Part shown: in pieces, positions 45,760-54,636 of the stretch
Layout: each line of letters begins with the position of its first letter
Numbering within the stretch: position 1 is the stretch's first letter
Origin: Escherichia phage AV111
Reading direction: 5' to 3' (one strand)
DNA: 64,000 nt
Sequence record: OR352941.1
Position numbers and translations under genes: made by a program
Notes under the pieces: model-generated
Seen by the model: the letters and a program-made list of their open reading frames with translations, nothing else
Database searches by the model: none
What the model was told of the DNA's origin: nothing

Positions 45760-45960
45760 TTATTCGTAGAAGTCGGTAACTGTCCATGCGGAATTGCGAT
45801 TAGACATTATTTTATTATACTCATCTTTAAAAGCAGATTTGAGCATTTGTTCAGTGACAATATGTTCTTCACCTGAAAACGTATTGGTCAAAACATATTT
45901 TTTAATTTCAGGGACAACGAGAAGATGTTGTCCAGTTGAATACTCCATGTTGTTCTCCAT
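45760..45960 (-). CDS. hypothetical protein (66 aa)
   Basis: ORF in track. Confidence 0.4.
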   Translation of the reverse strand: MENNMEYSTGQHLLVVPEIKKYVLTNTFSGEEHIVTEQMLKSAFKDEYNKIMSNRNSAWTVTDFYE

Positions 45961-46002
45961 TTAATTTGATGTGGTCATTATAACCACATCGTGTTAAAGC
46001 GT

Positions 46003-47691
46003 TTATGAAACAGTCATTACAGTAAATCGTCCAACTTTGCTCATTTGCAAATGTTGTCCATAACGTTGAGGGTCATGGTCCCTATGAGAAATAATGAACA
46101 CGTTAGTATTTTGTAAACTTCCAAGAATGGTATCTATAGCCTTAACAGCTTCAGAATCAACTGCCCCATCAAAAACCTCATCAAGAATCAGAGTGTTGAT
46201 TTTAACACCAGAGACCTTTTCAGCAATATCTCGCCATGTAAACAACAACGCGATATCAATGCGTGCTTTTTCACCTTGACTAAATGAAGCATAACTAAAA
46301 TCTTCACGACCACGTGATTTTATAGATTCATTGAATTCTTCATCAATAGAAAACACGTAATCAGCTTCCATAATTTTAAGATAATGGTTAATCTGCTTGT
46401 TGAACAGAGGCACATATTTTTTAATGATAGCACCTTTAATACCAGAATCTTTTAACATATCTGTGATAATACCACGATGGTATTTTTCAAGAACGATATC
46501 CGATTTTGTTTTAATGATTTTATCAAGTTCTTTTTGAAGCAAAGCTATCTCATCGGCATGGTCGATAAATTCTGCTGAGGCTTGCTCTATTGCAGCTTTA
46601 ACTTTCTTAGCTTTATCAATAGTGGCAATCATTGCTTGTTTCTTGGTACGAATATCGGATGCAAGGTCCTGCTTAGTCTTAACATTAGCTCTATATTCGT
46701 CCACTAGGACACTCAGATTATCTCTGTGACAGGTAAGTTGCTCGAATGAGTGATTACATTCATGAAGCTTATCGGTAATCTTAGAGACAATAGGGTCACC
46801 CTGGTGCAATTGTGATGCACAAGTAGGACATGTGCCACCGTCATGATACATCTTAATAACTTTGTTATATGAGTCGATTTTAGATTTAATCAAGAATGCT
46901 TCTTGTCCTATCTTGTTGAATGCCTCAGTAGGGTCTTCATCAAGAACGATATTAAGTAGTCGCTCATTAGCTTCTTCGATTTCTGCTTTTAATGAACGAG
47001 CTTCTTTGGCTAGGTCGTCATACATATTCTGTAGACGCGCTACATTATCACCAGATAATTTCTTTTGACGTTCGATATTCTCGTTATAAATCTTAATTTG
47101 TTGGATAACACCATCTTTCTTGGCATCAAGAACTTGTCCCTGAGAATTAAGTTCGCGAACTTGAGACTTATTGATTTTATCCATTTCAGCGAGTGTGCCG
47201 ACTTCTAAAAGGTCTTCGACAAGTTTTCTACGAGCAGGGGTGCTAAGAGCCATGAAAGGGGTATACCCTGCCGTCCCAAGCACAACGATCTGTTTAAAAG
47301 ACGCGTATGACATTCCGATGCTACGTTCAAATTCTTCTTGGAAGTCACGACTGCTGGCAGATTCATCAAGACGAACACCGTCAACGGAGATTTCGAAAAT
47401 ATTGGGCTTTTGGCCTCGTTTAATGAAGTATTTTTTATCATCGAATTCCATCCAAAGCTCAACTAAGAGCTCTTTCTTGTTCGTGCTATTAATGATTTGT
47501 CCTTTCTTAACATCACGAAATGGTTTACCGAAAAGTCCGAAAGTAATGGCTTCTAACATCGTAGATTTACCACCGCCATTTTTACCGGTGATTAAGGTCT
47601 TTTGGACTTTATCTAATTGGATATCGATAGGATTCCCACCTACCGACATGATGTTTTGATAACGAACACGATTTAATTTAAATGATTTCAT
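46003..47691 (-). CDS. 46: recombination endonuclease subunit gp46 (Rad50/SbcC-like)
   Basis: 562 aa; Walker A GKNGGGKST; matches T4 gp46. Confidence 0.95.
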   Translation of the reverse strand: MKSFKLNRVRYQNIMSVGGNPIDIQLDKVQKTLITGKNGGGKSTMLEAITFGLFGKPFRDVKKGQIINSTNKKELLVELWMEFDDKKYFIKRGQKPNIFEISVDGVRLDESASSRDFQEEFERSIGMSYASFKQIVVLGTAGYTPFMALSTPARRKLVEDLLEVGTLAEMDKINKSQVRELNSQGQVLDAKKDGVIQQIKIYNENIERQKKLSGDNVARLQNMYDDLAKEARSLKAEIEEANERLLNIVLDEDPTEAFNKIGQEAFLIKSKIDSYNKVIKMYHDGGTCPTCASQLHQGDPIVSKITDKLHECNHSFEQLTCHRDNLSVLVDEYRANVKTKQDLASDIRTKKQAMIATIDKAKKVKAAIEQASAEFIDHADEIALLQKELDKIIKTKSDIVLEKYHRGIITDMLKDSGIKGAIIKKYVPLFNKQINHYLKIMEADYVFSIDEEFNESIKSRGREDFSYASFSQGEKARIDIALLFTWRDIAEKVSGVKINTLILDEVFDGAVDSEAVKAIDTILGSLQNTNVFIISHRDHDPQRYGQHLQMSKVGRFTVMTVS

Positions 47692-47942
47692 ATGTATTCT
47701 CTTCGAATGAAGTCCTCTACATATTTTAACATGTCATCTCTATCAGCAAAATATTCATCTAGTTCTGCATACATAACAACACCTGGTGCATACTCACAGG
47801 TAACATACATTGTTCCAAAGAAACGAGGAGTTGATTCCTCGTAATTCTCAGTCCATTCAACGATACCAATATAACCGTCACCAATACTAAATTCATGACG
47901 ATGGATTTCATAATCAGTCTTCGTCATTATACGCATCCTCAA
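47688..47942 (-). CDS. hypothetical protein (84 aa), 46.1 position
   Basis: ORF in track, coupled. Confidence 0.5.
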   Translation of the reverse strand: MRMRIMTKTDYEIHRHEFSIGDGYIGIVEWTENYEESTPRFFGTMYVTCEYAPGVVMYAELDEYFADRDDMLKYVEDFIRREYI

Positions 47943-48171
47943 TACACGCTTCAGCCATTTTAAGAATAGAGCCGGGAGTATCGTTGTCCATTATATTAAA
48001 GCTAAATTCAATAGCCCAGTCGGTGCAGACATGAACTGCTTTAACTTCATTGCCTTCAACGCGTAATGGCTCAATCCAATACTTGATAGTGTTCTCGAAT
48101 CCATCATCGTCTTTAACGTCCATTTCAACTTCAAGTCCAAGCCCAGCATTATTAAATTCATCTAAAGTCAT
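47914..48171 (-). CDS. hypothetical protein (85 aa), 46.2 position
   Basis: ORF in track, coupled. Confidence 0.5.
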   Translation of the reverse strand: MTLDEFNNAGLGLEVEMDVKDDDGFENTIKYWIEPLRVEGNEVKAVHVCTDWAIEFSFNIMDNDTPGSILKMAEACIEDAYNDED

Positions 48172-49187
48172 TGTGTTGCCTCAATATAAAGTTCGTTGGA
48201 ATATTTGACCAGCGCTTCTCTGTCTTCGTCTGAGATATCTGGAATCGCGTCAATATATTCTTTAATGATATCTTGAAGTGATTTAATCTCGATTTCCTGG
48301 TCGTCATCAGATTCAACACTGTTATCAACTTTAGAAACCATGCGAAGAGAGTGAACTACTTTTTCAAGTTCAGATTCAAACTTAGTCAACTCTGAATCAA
48401 TTTCTGATACTATAACACGTAAGGCTAGATTAGTATAATCAGAATAATTGATTTTGCCTTTAAACGGATAAGTGATTCGTCGATGCCATGTTGTTTCATT
48501 AGGAATAAATTCCATACGTTCAACATCAGTGTCAAATACCCAGAATCCGCGCGGGTCATTCTCATCACCTGCAGTAAGGGTCCATGGTGTCCCAATATAT
48601 TTGACGTTAGCAGCTTCAGAGATTGTGTGGAAGTGGCCGGACCAGACTTGTTTATAGGTCTTTAAGAAATCAGGTTCAAGCCCATGAGACTTCATTCCTT
48701 TATAGAAATAAAAGCCGTTAAGTTCCCAGTGACCAACACAATACGCAGCAGAAGAAGTCTTGATGTGCTCTAAGATTTCACCTGTATTTTCTTCACACAT
48801 CCATGGAACGATATCAATCAGACATCCGTCAAAATCTACAGTAGTCGGATGCTCGTAAATAGTAAAGTTTTCAAATTGAGTTAACAATTCAGAAACAGTG
48901 TTAGGTGTTATTGTATTCTTAAACGCCATGTCATGGTTTCCTATCGTGACATGAACGTGAATGCCTGCTTTAGAAATCATATCAACGATTTCACGATTGA
49001 ATTCCATTGTACGATGTGTTATTGCTTTACGGACGTCAAACCAATCACCGTACTGAATCCAAGTTTTAATCCCGTGTTTCTTAGAGTATTCAATTGCTTG
49101 TTGAATACCATCACGTTGAATATCTTGAACCCATGGGTCGTCTTGTTTGACTCCGATATGGAAGTCGCCTAAGTGCAAAATTTTCAT
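48168..49187 (-). CDS. 47: recombination nuclease subunit gp47 (Mre11/SbcD-like)
   Basis: 339 aa; phosphoesterase motifs GDFH, GNHD; matches T4 gp47. Confidence 0.95.
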   Translation of the reverse strand: MKILHLGDFHIGVKQDDPWVQDIQRDGIQQAIEYSKKHGIKTWIQYGDWFDVRKAITHRTMEFNREIVDMISKAGIHVHVTIGNHDMAFKNTITPNTVSELLTQFENFTIYEHPTTVDFDGCLIDIVPWMCEENTGEILEHIKTSSAAYCVGHWELNGFYFYKGMKSHGLEPDFLKTYKQVWSGHFHTISEAANVKYIGTPWTLTAGDENDPRGFWVFDTDVERMEFIPNETTWHRRITYPFKGKINYSDYTNLALRVIVSEIDSELTKFESELEKVVHSLRMVSKVDNSVESDDDQEIEIKSLQDIIKEYIDAIPDISDEDREALVKYSNELYIEATQ

Positions 49188-49210
49188 ATTATTTCCTCAT
49201 TAGTTAATTC

Positions 49211-49234
49211 ATTCTATCATCCGTTTATAAAGCA
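49211..49234 (-). promoter_or_regulatory. MotA-dependent middle promoter for gene 47 (TGCTTTA, 11 nt, -10 TAGAAT)
   Basis: read from sequence. Confidence 0.55.
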
Positions 49235-49239
49235 AAAAA

Positions 49240-49257
49240 GGAACTCCGAAGAGTTCC
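49240..49257 (-). terminator. intrinsic terminator GGAACUC-UUCG-GAGUUCC plus U6
   Basis: perfect 7-bp stem, UUCG loop, U-run; abuts the stop of the small ORF upstream. Confidence 0.65.
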
Positions 49258-49430
49258 TATCCACATAGTACACCGTACAGAGGCTCATTTGAACTTTTAA
49301 ATCGAATGGGCTTGTACGTAATAGTTCCTTCGGCTTTAGCTTTATCATAAGACTCTTTAAAACGTCTCATTCTTTCTGCTTTGCCTTTACGGATTTTATC
49401 GAAATTTTCAGAAGTCGGGATGTTCGTCAT
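49257..49430 (-). CDS. small protein (57 aa)
   Basis: ATG with GAGAGG RBS; below ORF-track cutoff. Confidence 0.35.
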   Translation of the reverse strand: MTNIPTSENFDKIRKGKAERMRRFKESYDKAKAEGTITYKPIRFKSSNEPLYGVLCG

Positions 49431-49469
49431 GCATAAGCACCTCTCAGAAAATGCCTAAATCGATTTCTC

Positions 49470-49676
49470 TCATCGTTTCCACCATTTCTTAACTTGAAAT
49501 GAATCAACCCACACGAGTTGTTTTGGGTCTGCCTTTACAATAGGCGGACAAATTTCTGTAATAGAACCGTCGTGATATTCCTTTTCAGAAATTTTAACAC
49601 AAAGAGGACCACCCAATTTAACGGTGAACCCTGCGTTCAGCTTCAGACGTTTAAACTTTGTTTGAACTAGCGCCAT
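49470..49676 (-). CDS. hypothetical protein (about 68 aa)
   Basis: track ORF starts at TTG; first ATG at 49676. Confidence 0.4.
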   Translation of the reverse strand: MALVQTKFKRLKLNAGFTVKLGGPLCVKISEKEYHDGSITEICPPIVKADPKQLVWVDSFQVKKWWKR

Positions 49677-49974
49677 TAATGATGTCCTCAATAGCCTGTC
49701 GAGTAGTAACCCATTGGATTTTAATTAACTTGTCATTGTATGGTTGTCGTAGAATATCCCGAGATTTCTTAATAGCATATTCGTAAGCTTCGAAGTTGTT
49801 TTTAATTGCTGCTTCTTGAGCATGGGCATAAAGACGGTTTAGTTCAAAACGATTCTTTTTAAGAATCTTTTCGGATTTTTTACGTGCTTCAGCTTCATTT
49901 TTCTTTTGGATTTCTTGTAGCATTTTAGCTACTGCATCTTCTGCTTCTTTATTTTCAATAATCTCGGTAGTCAT
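49651..49974 (-). CDS. hypothetical protein (107 aa)
   Basis: ORF in track. Confidence 0.5.
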   Translation of the reverse strand: MTTEIIENKEAEDAVAKMLQEIQKKNEAEARKKSEKILKKNRFELNRLYAHAQEAAIKNNFEAYEYAIKKSRDILRQPYNDKLIKIQWVTTRQAIEDIINGASSNKV

Positions 49975-49975
49975 A

Positions 49976-50191
49976 TTATCTCATTAAATTAAAATAAAAA
50001 CGTCCATCCTCTTCAATACAGAACTCATATTCAACTGGAGTCCCGTTTATCGAAAATGACACGTCATGTGGGTTCAAAGGGTCGATGTCAAAATTAATTT
50101 TAAATTCACGACCCAACAGTTTTACCAAATAAGGGATTGCTTCGTCAAAAGGTTCTTCTAAGTAGTTAGAGATGTCAATTGTCATCCTCAT
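49976..50191 (-). CDS. hypothetical protein (start uncertain)
   Basis: track ORF 49976..50269 overlaps gene 55 3' end; internal ATG at 50191. Confidence 0.4.
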   Translation of the reverse strand: MRMTIDISNYLEEPFDEAIPYLVKLLGREFKINFDIDPLNPHDVSFSINGTPVEYEFCIEEDGRFYFNLMR

Positions 50192-50732
50192 ATAAAAAAT
50201 CCAAACTAGGCGAATCGCTAACAACTTCCTTCTTTTCAGCCCCAGGAGCTTTATAAGCGGATTCTTCATAATGCGTCATTTTATCGTAGATGTCTTGAAT
50301 AAATGTTTCATCTACCAACGCTACCATATCATCGTCATGACTGTCGTAGACATTATGAACGAAGTAACTATATTTCTTTGCAACTTCCTTACGTTCTTTT
50401 TTGATACGTTGGACAAAAGCATTAAAACAAGCTCGAGTTATGTATGCATGTGGGTTATTGTACTTAGTTTCGTCGAAATTATGAAGTCCCTTAATAGAGG
50501 CTTCAATCCCATCTGCAATCATCTCCTGCTTCCAAGACTGGGTATATCCTGAAAAGTTGAAACGTTTGGACAGGCCTTCGGCGATAAGCATAATTGCTAA
50601 ACCGATGGTATCATTCTGACGAATAATTTTGTTTGGGTCTTTATTATTTAAGAGCTCCTTTTTCCACTCGATTATAGCGGCGAGAAGCTCTTTATTATTC
50701 ACATAGTTATTTTTAGGTTTTTGTTCAGTCAT
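50175..50732 (-). CDS. 55: late sigma factor gp55
   Basis: ATG at 50732 with AAGAGG RBS (track start is TTG); near-identical to T4 gp55 as recalled. Confidence 0.92.
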   Translation of the reverse strand: MTEQKPKNNYVNNKELLAAIIEWKKELLNNKDPNKIIRQNDTIGLAIMLIAEGLSKRFNFSGYTQSWKQEMIADGIEASIKGLHNFDETKYNNPHAYITRACFNAFVQRIKKERKEVAKKYSYFVHNVYDSHDDDMVALVDETFIQDIYDKMTHYEESAYKAPGAEKKEVVSDSPSLDFLYEDDN

Positions 50733-50760
50733 AAGTACCTCTTGGCTCAATTCATAGGTC

Positions 50761-50800
50761 TATTATATCATAATATTTAGAGACCTATCTTAAAGCACGA
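50761..50800 (-). promoter_or_regulatory. promoter region upstream of gene 55 with TATAAT, MotA-like box GTGCTTTAA and inverted ATAGGTCT/AGACCTAT elements
   Basis: read from sequence; exact promoter type unresolved. Confidence 0.4.
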
Positions 50801-50804
50801 GATA

Positions 50805-51074
50805 CTATCGGAGCAAACAATAAGCCTGAAACACTTTTTCCATTAAACGTTTGAACTCATGGATATCGATATAAAGCTCAGTAAGACCGGCATTATAAAG
50901 AAAATCTAAAAAGTTCTCATGTGTTTCGTTATAGACGCCTTCGTTTAATTGAGATACATGAGTTTCCCAAAAACCAACACCTTTAACGAATGGAAAATAC
51001 GTGACTTTCATGTATTCGTCAACATAAAATTCGCCCAGCTTTTCTTCAGTTATACTGATTCGAGTTAATTTCAT
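50805..51074 (-). CDS. hypothetical protein (89 aa)
   Basis: ORF in track. Confidence 0.5.
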   Translation of the reverse strand: MKLTRISITEEKLGEFYVDEYMKVTYFPFVKGVGFWETHVSQLNEGVYNETHENFLDFLYNAGLTELYIDIHEFKRLMEKVFQAYCLLR

Positions 51075-51298
51075 TCTAGTTCCTTTGCTGCTTCAAGAGC
51101 AACATCCAGCGAATCAAATTGGTCAACGAAATCAATATTCAACGCATCGTCAACCGTAGCATATAACCACCATTGTTTGAATTCGTATTCTAGAATAAAT
51201 CCAGGACCTTCAATCTGAGGAAGACCTAGACTATTTGTACCAACTTCGTAACCAGCTAGACGCAGGTCATTAATCAAAGTTTCTGTTAATACGCTCAT
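51071..51298 (-). CDS. hypothetical protein (75 aa)
   Basis: ORF in track. Confidence 0.5.
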   Translation of the reverse strand: MSVLTETLINDLRLAGYEVGTNSLGLPQIEGPGFILEYEFKQWWLYATVDDALNIDFVDQFDSLDVALEAAKELE

Positions 51299-51627
51299 TT
51301 TACCGCCTTAACAATTTTAAGGTCAACGAATTTTTTCTTACGTTGATTTTTCATACGACGGATAGTCTTTTCAGAGATTTCATGTTTCTGATAAGCTTTA
51401 GATTCAACACCAAATGCAGCAACGTCAAATTCAGAAAGAATATATTGTACTAGAATTTCACGAATAGAATTACGTCCAATTTTCTGGTCGTGTTTTTGCA
51501 TGATTTCATAAAGACGGAATTCCCACGCATCAAGAACTTGAGGAGTAACAATATTGCCAGATTCCAGAAGAGCAACAACTTTATCGAAAGCGAAAGAATT
51601 AACTACGTTTTTGATTTTAGTAGACAT
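51295..51627 (-). CDS. hypothetical protein (110 aa)
   Basis: ATG at 51627 with GAGGAAAA RBS; track ORF extends into the promoter. Confidence 0.5.
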   Translation of the reverse strand: MSTKIKNVVNSFAFDKVVALLESGNIVTPQVLDAWEFRLYEIMQKHDQKIGRNSIREILVQYILSEFDVAAFGVESKAYQKHEISEKTIRRMKNQRKKKFVDLKIVKAVK

Positions 51628-51664
51628 ATTATTTTCCTCGGTTATTTTATTATCCAACGAGAGA

Positions 51665-51693
51665 ATTATACTCATCTCTCAAGAGTTTGTATA
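51665..51693 (-). promoter_or_regulatory. early promoter (-35 TATACA, 17 nt, -10 TATAAT)
   Basis: same CTCTCAAGAGTTTGTA element as the ndd promoter. Confidence 0.5.
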
Positions 51694-51933
51694 CTATTTT
51701 TTAAGCATGAAAAGTAAGTAATTTGTATCACGTGGAGTAATATCAACACCCATATCAAAGATGCCTTTATAGATTGGGTATTTGTTTTCGGTTGTATCGA
51801 AGCTGAAACTATTTCCATCACAACTAACAGTAATAGCATCTGTTAAAATGTCATACTCAATCCTAACAATTGAATCCCCAATTTTAACGTCGAGGTGTTT
51901 TTTGAATTTGATAAAATCTAATTCTTGGGCCAT
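51694..51933 (-). CDS. hypothetical protein (79 aa)
   Basis: ORF in track. Confidence 0.45.
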   Translation of the reverse strand: MAQELDFIKFKKHLDVKIGDSIVRIEYDILTDAITVSCDGNSFSFDTTENKYPIYKGIFDMGVDITPRDTNYLLFMLKK

Positions 51934-51996
51934 GATATTTTCCTCATTTTAAGACGATAGGAAGATAATAACATGTCTTCCTATCATTGTACATTA

Positions 51997-52197
51997 TTAA
52001 CCGAACTTTTTAGCGCCTTTCCAGCCTTCGTACATAACTGCACAAGTCAGTAGTACAGCTTGCTGGCATTCTTTGTATTTGTAAATCCAGAACCAGCGTA
52101 AGAAGTCTTCATCCTCAACGCCGTTGAGTTTCATATTGGCAAAGAATTCGGCACGTTCTTCACGAAGCTTTTGCGATAACATAGATTCAGGATTCAT
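51997..52197 (-). CDS. hypothetical protein (66 aa)
   Basis: ORF in track. Confidence 0.45.
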   Translation of the reverse strand: MNPESMLSQKLREERAEFFANMKLNGVEDEDFLRWFWIYKYKECQQAVLLTCAVMYEGWKGAKKFG

Positions 52198-52328
52198 TTT
52201 GTGTTCCAGGCCCCATTTTCATCGATGAACTTAATCCAGTCATTTACAGACCATTTAGTTGTATCACCCTTTGGATTAACATTTAAAGTATATAATCCCT
52301 GCTTAAAAAGCATTCGTTTGATATTCAT
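52194..52328 (-). CDS. small protein (44 aa)
   Basis: ATG at 52328 with GAGGAAATT RBS; track ORF over-extended. Confidence 0.4.
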   Translation of the reverse strand: MNIKRMLFKQGLYTLNVNPKGDTTKWSVNDWIKFIDENGAWNTK

Positions 52329-52335
52329 AATTTCC

Positions 52336-52656
52336 TCAACTGTAACGATAACATTCGTTAGCTTTACGTTTGGCTTCAGTATGAGAAGTATTATAATCAT
52401 ACTCTTCTTTACTGTAAACATCTTTTTTCAACTTATGAACTTCTTTGCGGAGTTGTCGATTCATTTCATTCTTGACTTCAGAATCAACGCCTTTCATACG
52501 TTTCCATTTATCTGAGCGGAAAATGTTTTCAACCATGTCTTTGTGGCTAACACCGTCAGGAGCTTTACGCTTACCAAAATAGTCATAATCGCGAACTTTC
52601 AAATCTTTACGACGATACGTTTTACCCATAAGTACCTCAGAGGTTGATTGATACAA
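52336..52656 (-). CDS. hypothetical basic protein (106 aa)
   Basis: ORF in track. Confidence 0.45.
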   Translation of the reverse strand: MYQSTSEVLMGKTYRRKDLKVRDYDYFGKRKAPDGVSHKDMVENIFRSDKWKRMKGVDSEVKNEMNRQLRKEVHKLKKDVYSKEEYDYNTSHTEAKRKANECYRYS

Positions 52657-52885
52657 CGCGTTTGATAAAATTCACTTCACTTACTGAAAGGTCTTTAAGA
52701 CCGATTGATTCTAAACGCTGAGTAAGCGTCAACATCGGGATATAATCCCAATGAGTTTTAGTTGCTTGATAAGTACGAACTCCATTAGCAATTTCAACGT
52801 TCAAATCGGAAATGGTAATGAATATCGGACGTTCGTTATTTACATTAAGAGATAGAACAACTTTCTTTGAATCTAAACTAATCAT
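52637..52885 (-). CDS. hypothetical protein (82 aa)
   Basis: ORF in track. Confidence 0.45.
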   Translation of the reverse strand: MISLDSKKVVLSLNVNNERPIFITISDLNVEIANGVRTYQATKTHWDYIPMLTLTQRLESIGLKDLSVSEVNFIKRVVSINL

Positions 52886-53064
52886 GGCTTAATTTCCTTC
52901 GCAATTGAACAGAAGATACCACGGTCACAAAGCATTTCACCAATTTCTGGATATTTGATTGAACGGTACCAAACATCCAGGCTTGAAACTCTGGTTATCT
53001 GTACGGCATTACCATTGACAGAATAGTACTGGTCAACCTTAATTTCTTTATCTTCAATTGTCAT
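52882..53064 (-). CDS. small protein (60 aa)
   Basis: ATG at 53064 with GAGGAAAA RBS; track ORF over-extended. Confidence 0.45.
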   Translation of the reverse strand: MTIEDKEIKVDQYYSVNGNAVQITRVSSLDVWYRSIKYPEIGEMLCDRGIFCSIAKEIKP

Positions 53065-53092
53065 TTTATTTTCCTCTATAGCAGATGGTTTA

Positions 53093-53121
53093 ATCTTAAC
53101 ACATCTATTGAGGATGTAAAC
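53093..53121 (-). promoter_or_regulatory. early promoter (-35 GTTTAC, 17 nt, -10 TAAGAT)
   Basis: read from sequence. Confidence 0.45.
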
Positions 53122-53213
53122 TGTTTTATGAAAATATTTTTTGATTTGAGAGGGGCACAAGGAGATAGTGAAGTGAAGATTCCAATGGATTATATTAGAA
53201 ATGAGATAAAGAA

Positions 53214-53232
53214 GACCAGGCGGCACCTGGTC
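53214..53232 (-). terminator. GC-rich hairpin GACCAGG-N5-CCUGGUC overlapping the nrdH stop codon
   Basis: 7-bp perfect stem; stands out in AT-rich context. Confidence 0.45.
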
Positions 53233-53554
53233 AATCTTCTATGATATCAGAGTCATATCCTAATGAAATCAAGGACTTTTTAAACTCTGCAATATTCTTT
53301 TGTTTCTTATCATTTAAAAATATGACAGGATAACGAATATTAAGTGAAGTGAATCCTGCACGTTTAGCAAGAGATACGATTAAAGGACGGTCATATTCAA
53401 TCTTACCATTATTAGTGAGGACTTTATAAAATGTATAAGGAGCATTGAGCTCCTTTAAAAGTTTTGTAACAGTATAACATCCTGGACAACGTCCAACTTC
53501 TTCAGGGATGCCATAAATTTCAATCTTGTTCTTTAAGTTCGAGTTTTGTTCCAC
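53231..53554 (-). CDS. nrdH: glutaredoxin-like protein NrdH-like
   Basis: CPGC active site preceded by KIEIYG; probable GTG start at 53554 with AAGGA RBS. Confidence 0.6.
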   Translation of the reverse strand: MEQNSNLKNKIEIYGIPEEVGRCPGCYTVTKLLKELNAPYTFYKVLTNNGKIEYDRPLIVSLAKRAGFTSLNIRYPVIFLNDKKQKNIAEFKKSLISLGYDSDIIED

Positions 53555-53837
53555 GAGAAATAATTCCTTGGTAAGCCCAATAAGGAGGATTAACAGAATC
53601 CTCACCAGAGTTTTCTTCAGGAAAATAAACCTGGATAACGAAGCCGGATTCATCAAAGGTAAAATAAACCGTAGGCAGTTCACCTAACAAATCGGCACGA
53701 GCGTTGATTTCTTCGAGGTCTTGTTCACGTCCAGCCCAGAAGCTTGGGTTCAGACTACATTCATAGAAATAATAGTCATTACCGAACATATCAAAACCAT
53801 TCCAACTCTCTACTACATACCGCTCAAAACTAATCAT
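53520..53837 (-). CDS. hypothetical protein (105 aa)
   Basis: ORF in track. Confidence 0.45.
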   Translation of the reverse strand: MISFERYVVESWNGFDMFGNDYYFYECSLNPSFWAGREQDLEEINARADLLGELPTVYFTFDESGFVIQVYFPEENSGEDSVNPPYWAYQGIISRGTKLELKEQD

Positions 53838-53839
53838 AA

Positions 53840-54055
53840 TTAAGCCTTTTTATCAAGAACAGAATTCAGTTTATTAGTAATTTTGTCCAAACGTTCATTG
53901 AATTCGCTGGAGGATAAACCCTTTTCTGGAGAAATTAAACTAATCACGAAAAATACACCAGTAAAAGGAATAAGAAAAATAGCTCCAACTGCCATAAACA
54001 AAAAGAACGTTACAGTTGTAAGAAAATCAGCTAAACCTTTACGAAATTTGTACAT
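53840..54055 (-). CDS. small membrane protein (71 aa)
   Basis: single hydrophobic span. Confidence 0.5.
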   Translation of the reverse strand: MYKFRKGLADFLTTVTFFLFMAVGAIFLIPFTGVFFVISLISPEKGLSSSEFNERLDKITNKLNSVLDKKA

Positions 54056-54165
54056 ATTTACCCTTAATTAACTAAGCATTGATAATCATTAAACTATATT
54101 GCGAATAAAATTCTGGACCAAAACGAAAAATCATATCATTTATAGTATCCATAATGTAATTCAAT

Positions 54166-54636
54166 TTAATCATGTTTCCACACCCCATCGGTATTTGACC
54201 AAAGTCGCTGATTATCTGATCCTCGCCACAGCTTTTTAGTCGGAAGATTTTTCTCATACTTCCCATCAATAATAACATCAACATATTTAAGCATTTCTAG
54301 TTGTTTAATATCTTCAAACTTATATCCTGTCCACAACCAAATGCTTTTATTGGGATAAAGATTTTTTACTGTTTGAACAATGCAATGAATAACATCTCGA
54401 TTATCAGGATAGAGAGGGTCTCCTCCGGTTATAGTCAATCCTTCTATATAATCGTTATTCAAACATTCAATTAATTGTTCTAGTGTTTCACCAGTGAATG
54501 GAATACCATTTCTAGCATTCCATGTTGATTTATTATAGCACCCTTCACATTTATGCAAACAACCTGTAACGAAAAGAACGACCCTGCATCCAGGGCCATT
54601 CACAAAATCGCAAGGATAAAATCTATCATAATTCAT
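54166..54636 (-). CDS. nrdG: anaerobic ribonucleotide reductase activating protein NrdG (radical SAM)
   Basis: 156 aa; CX3CX2C motif CLHKCEGC near the N-terminus; synteny with nrdD. Confidence 0.9.
   Translation of the reverse strand: MNYDRFYPCDFVNGPGCRVVLFVTGCLHKCEGCYNKSTWNARNGIPFTGETLEQLIECLNNDYIEGLTITGGDPLYPDNRDVIHCIVQTVKNLYPNKSIWLWTGYKFEDIKQLEMLKYVDVIIDGKYEKNLPTKKLWRGSDNQRLWSNTDGVWKHD

Noticed and set aside
47171-47659. Plus-strand 162-aa ORF (and other plus-strand ORFs such as 45424..45876 and 7922..8218)
   Set aside because: All sit antisense inside well-supported minus-strand genes (46, the 45331..45747 gene, rIIA) and lack ribosome-binding sites.
54072-54284. Minus-strand 70-aa ORF overlapping the 3' end of nrdG
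   Set aside because: Out-of-frame overlap with nrdG, no RBS; probably a chance frame.
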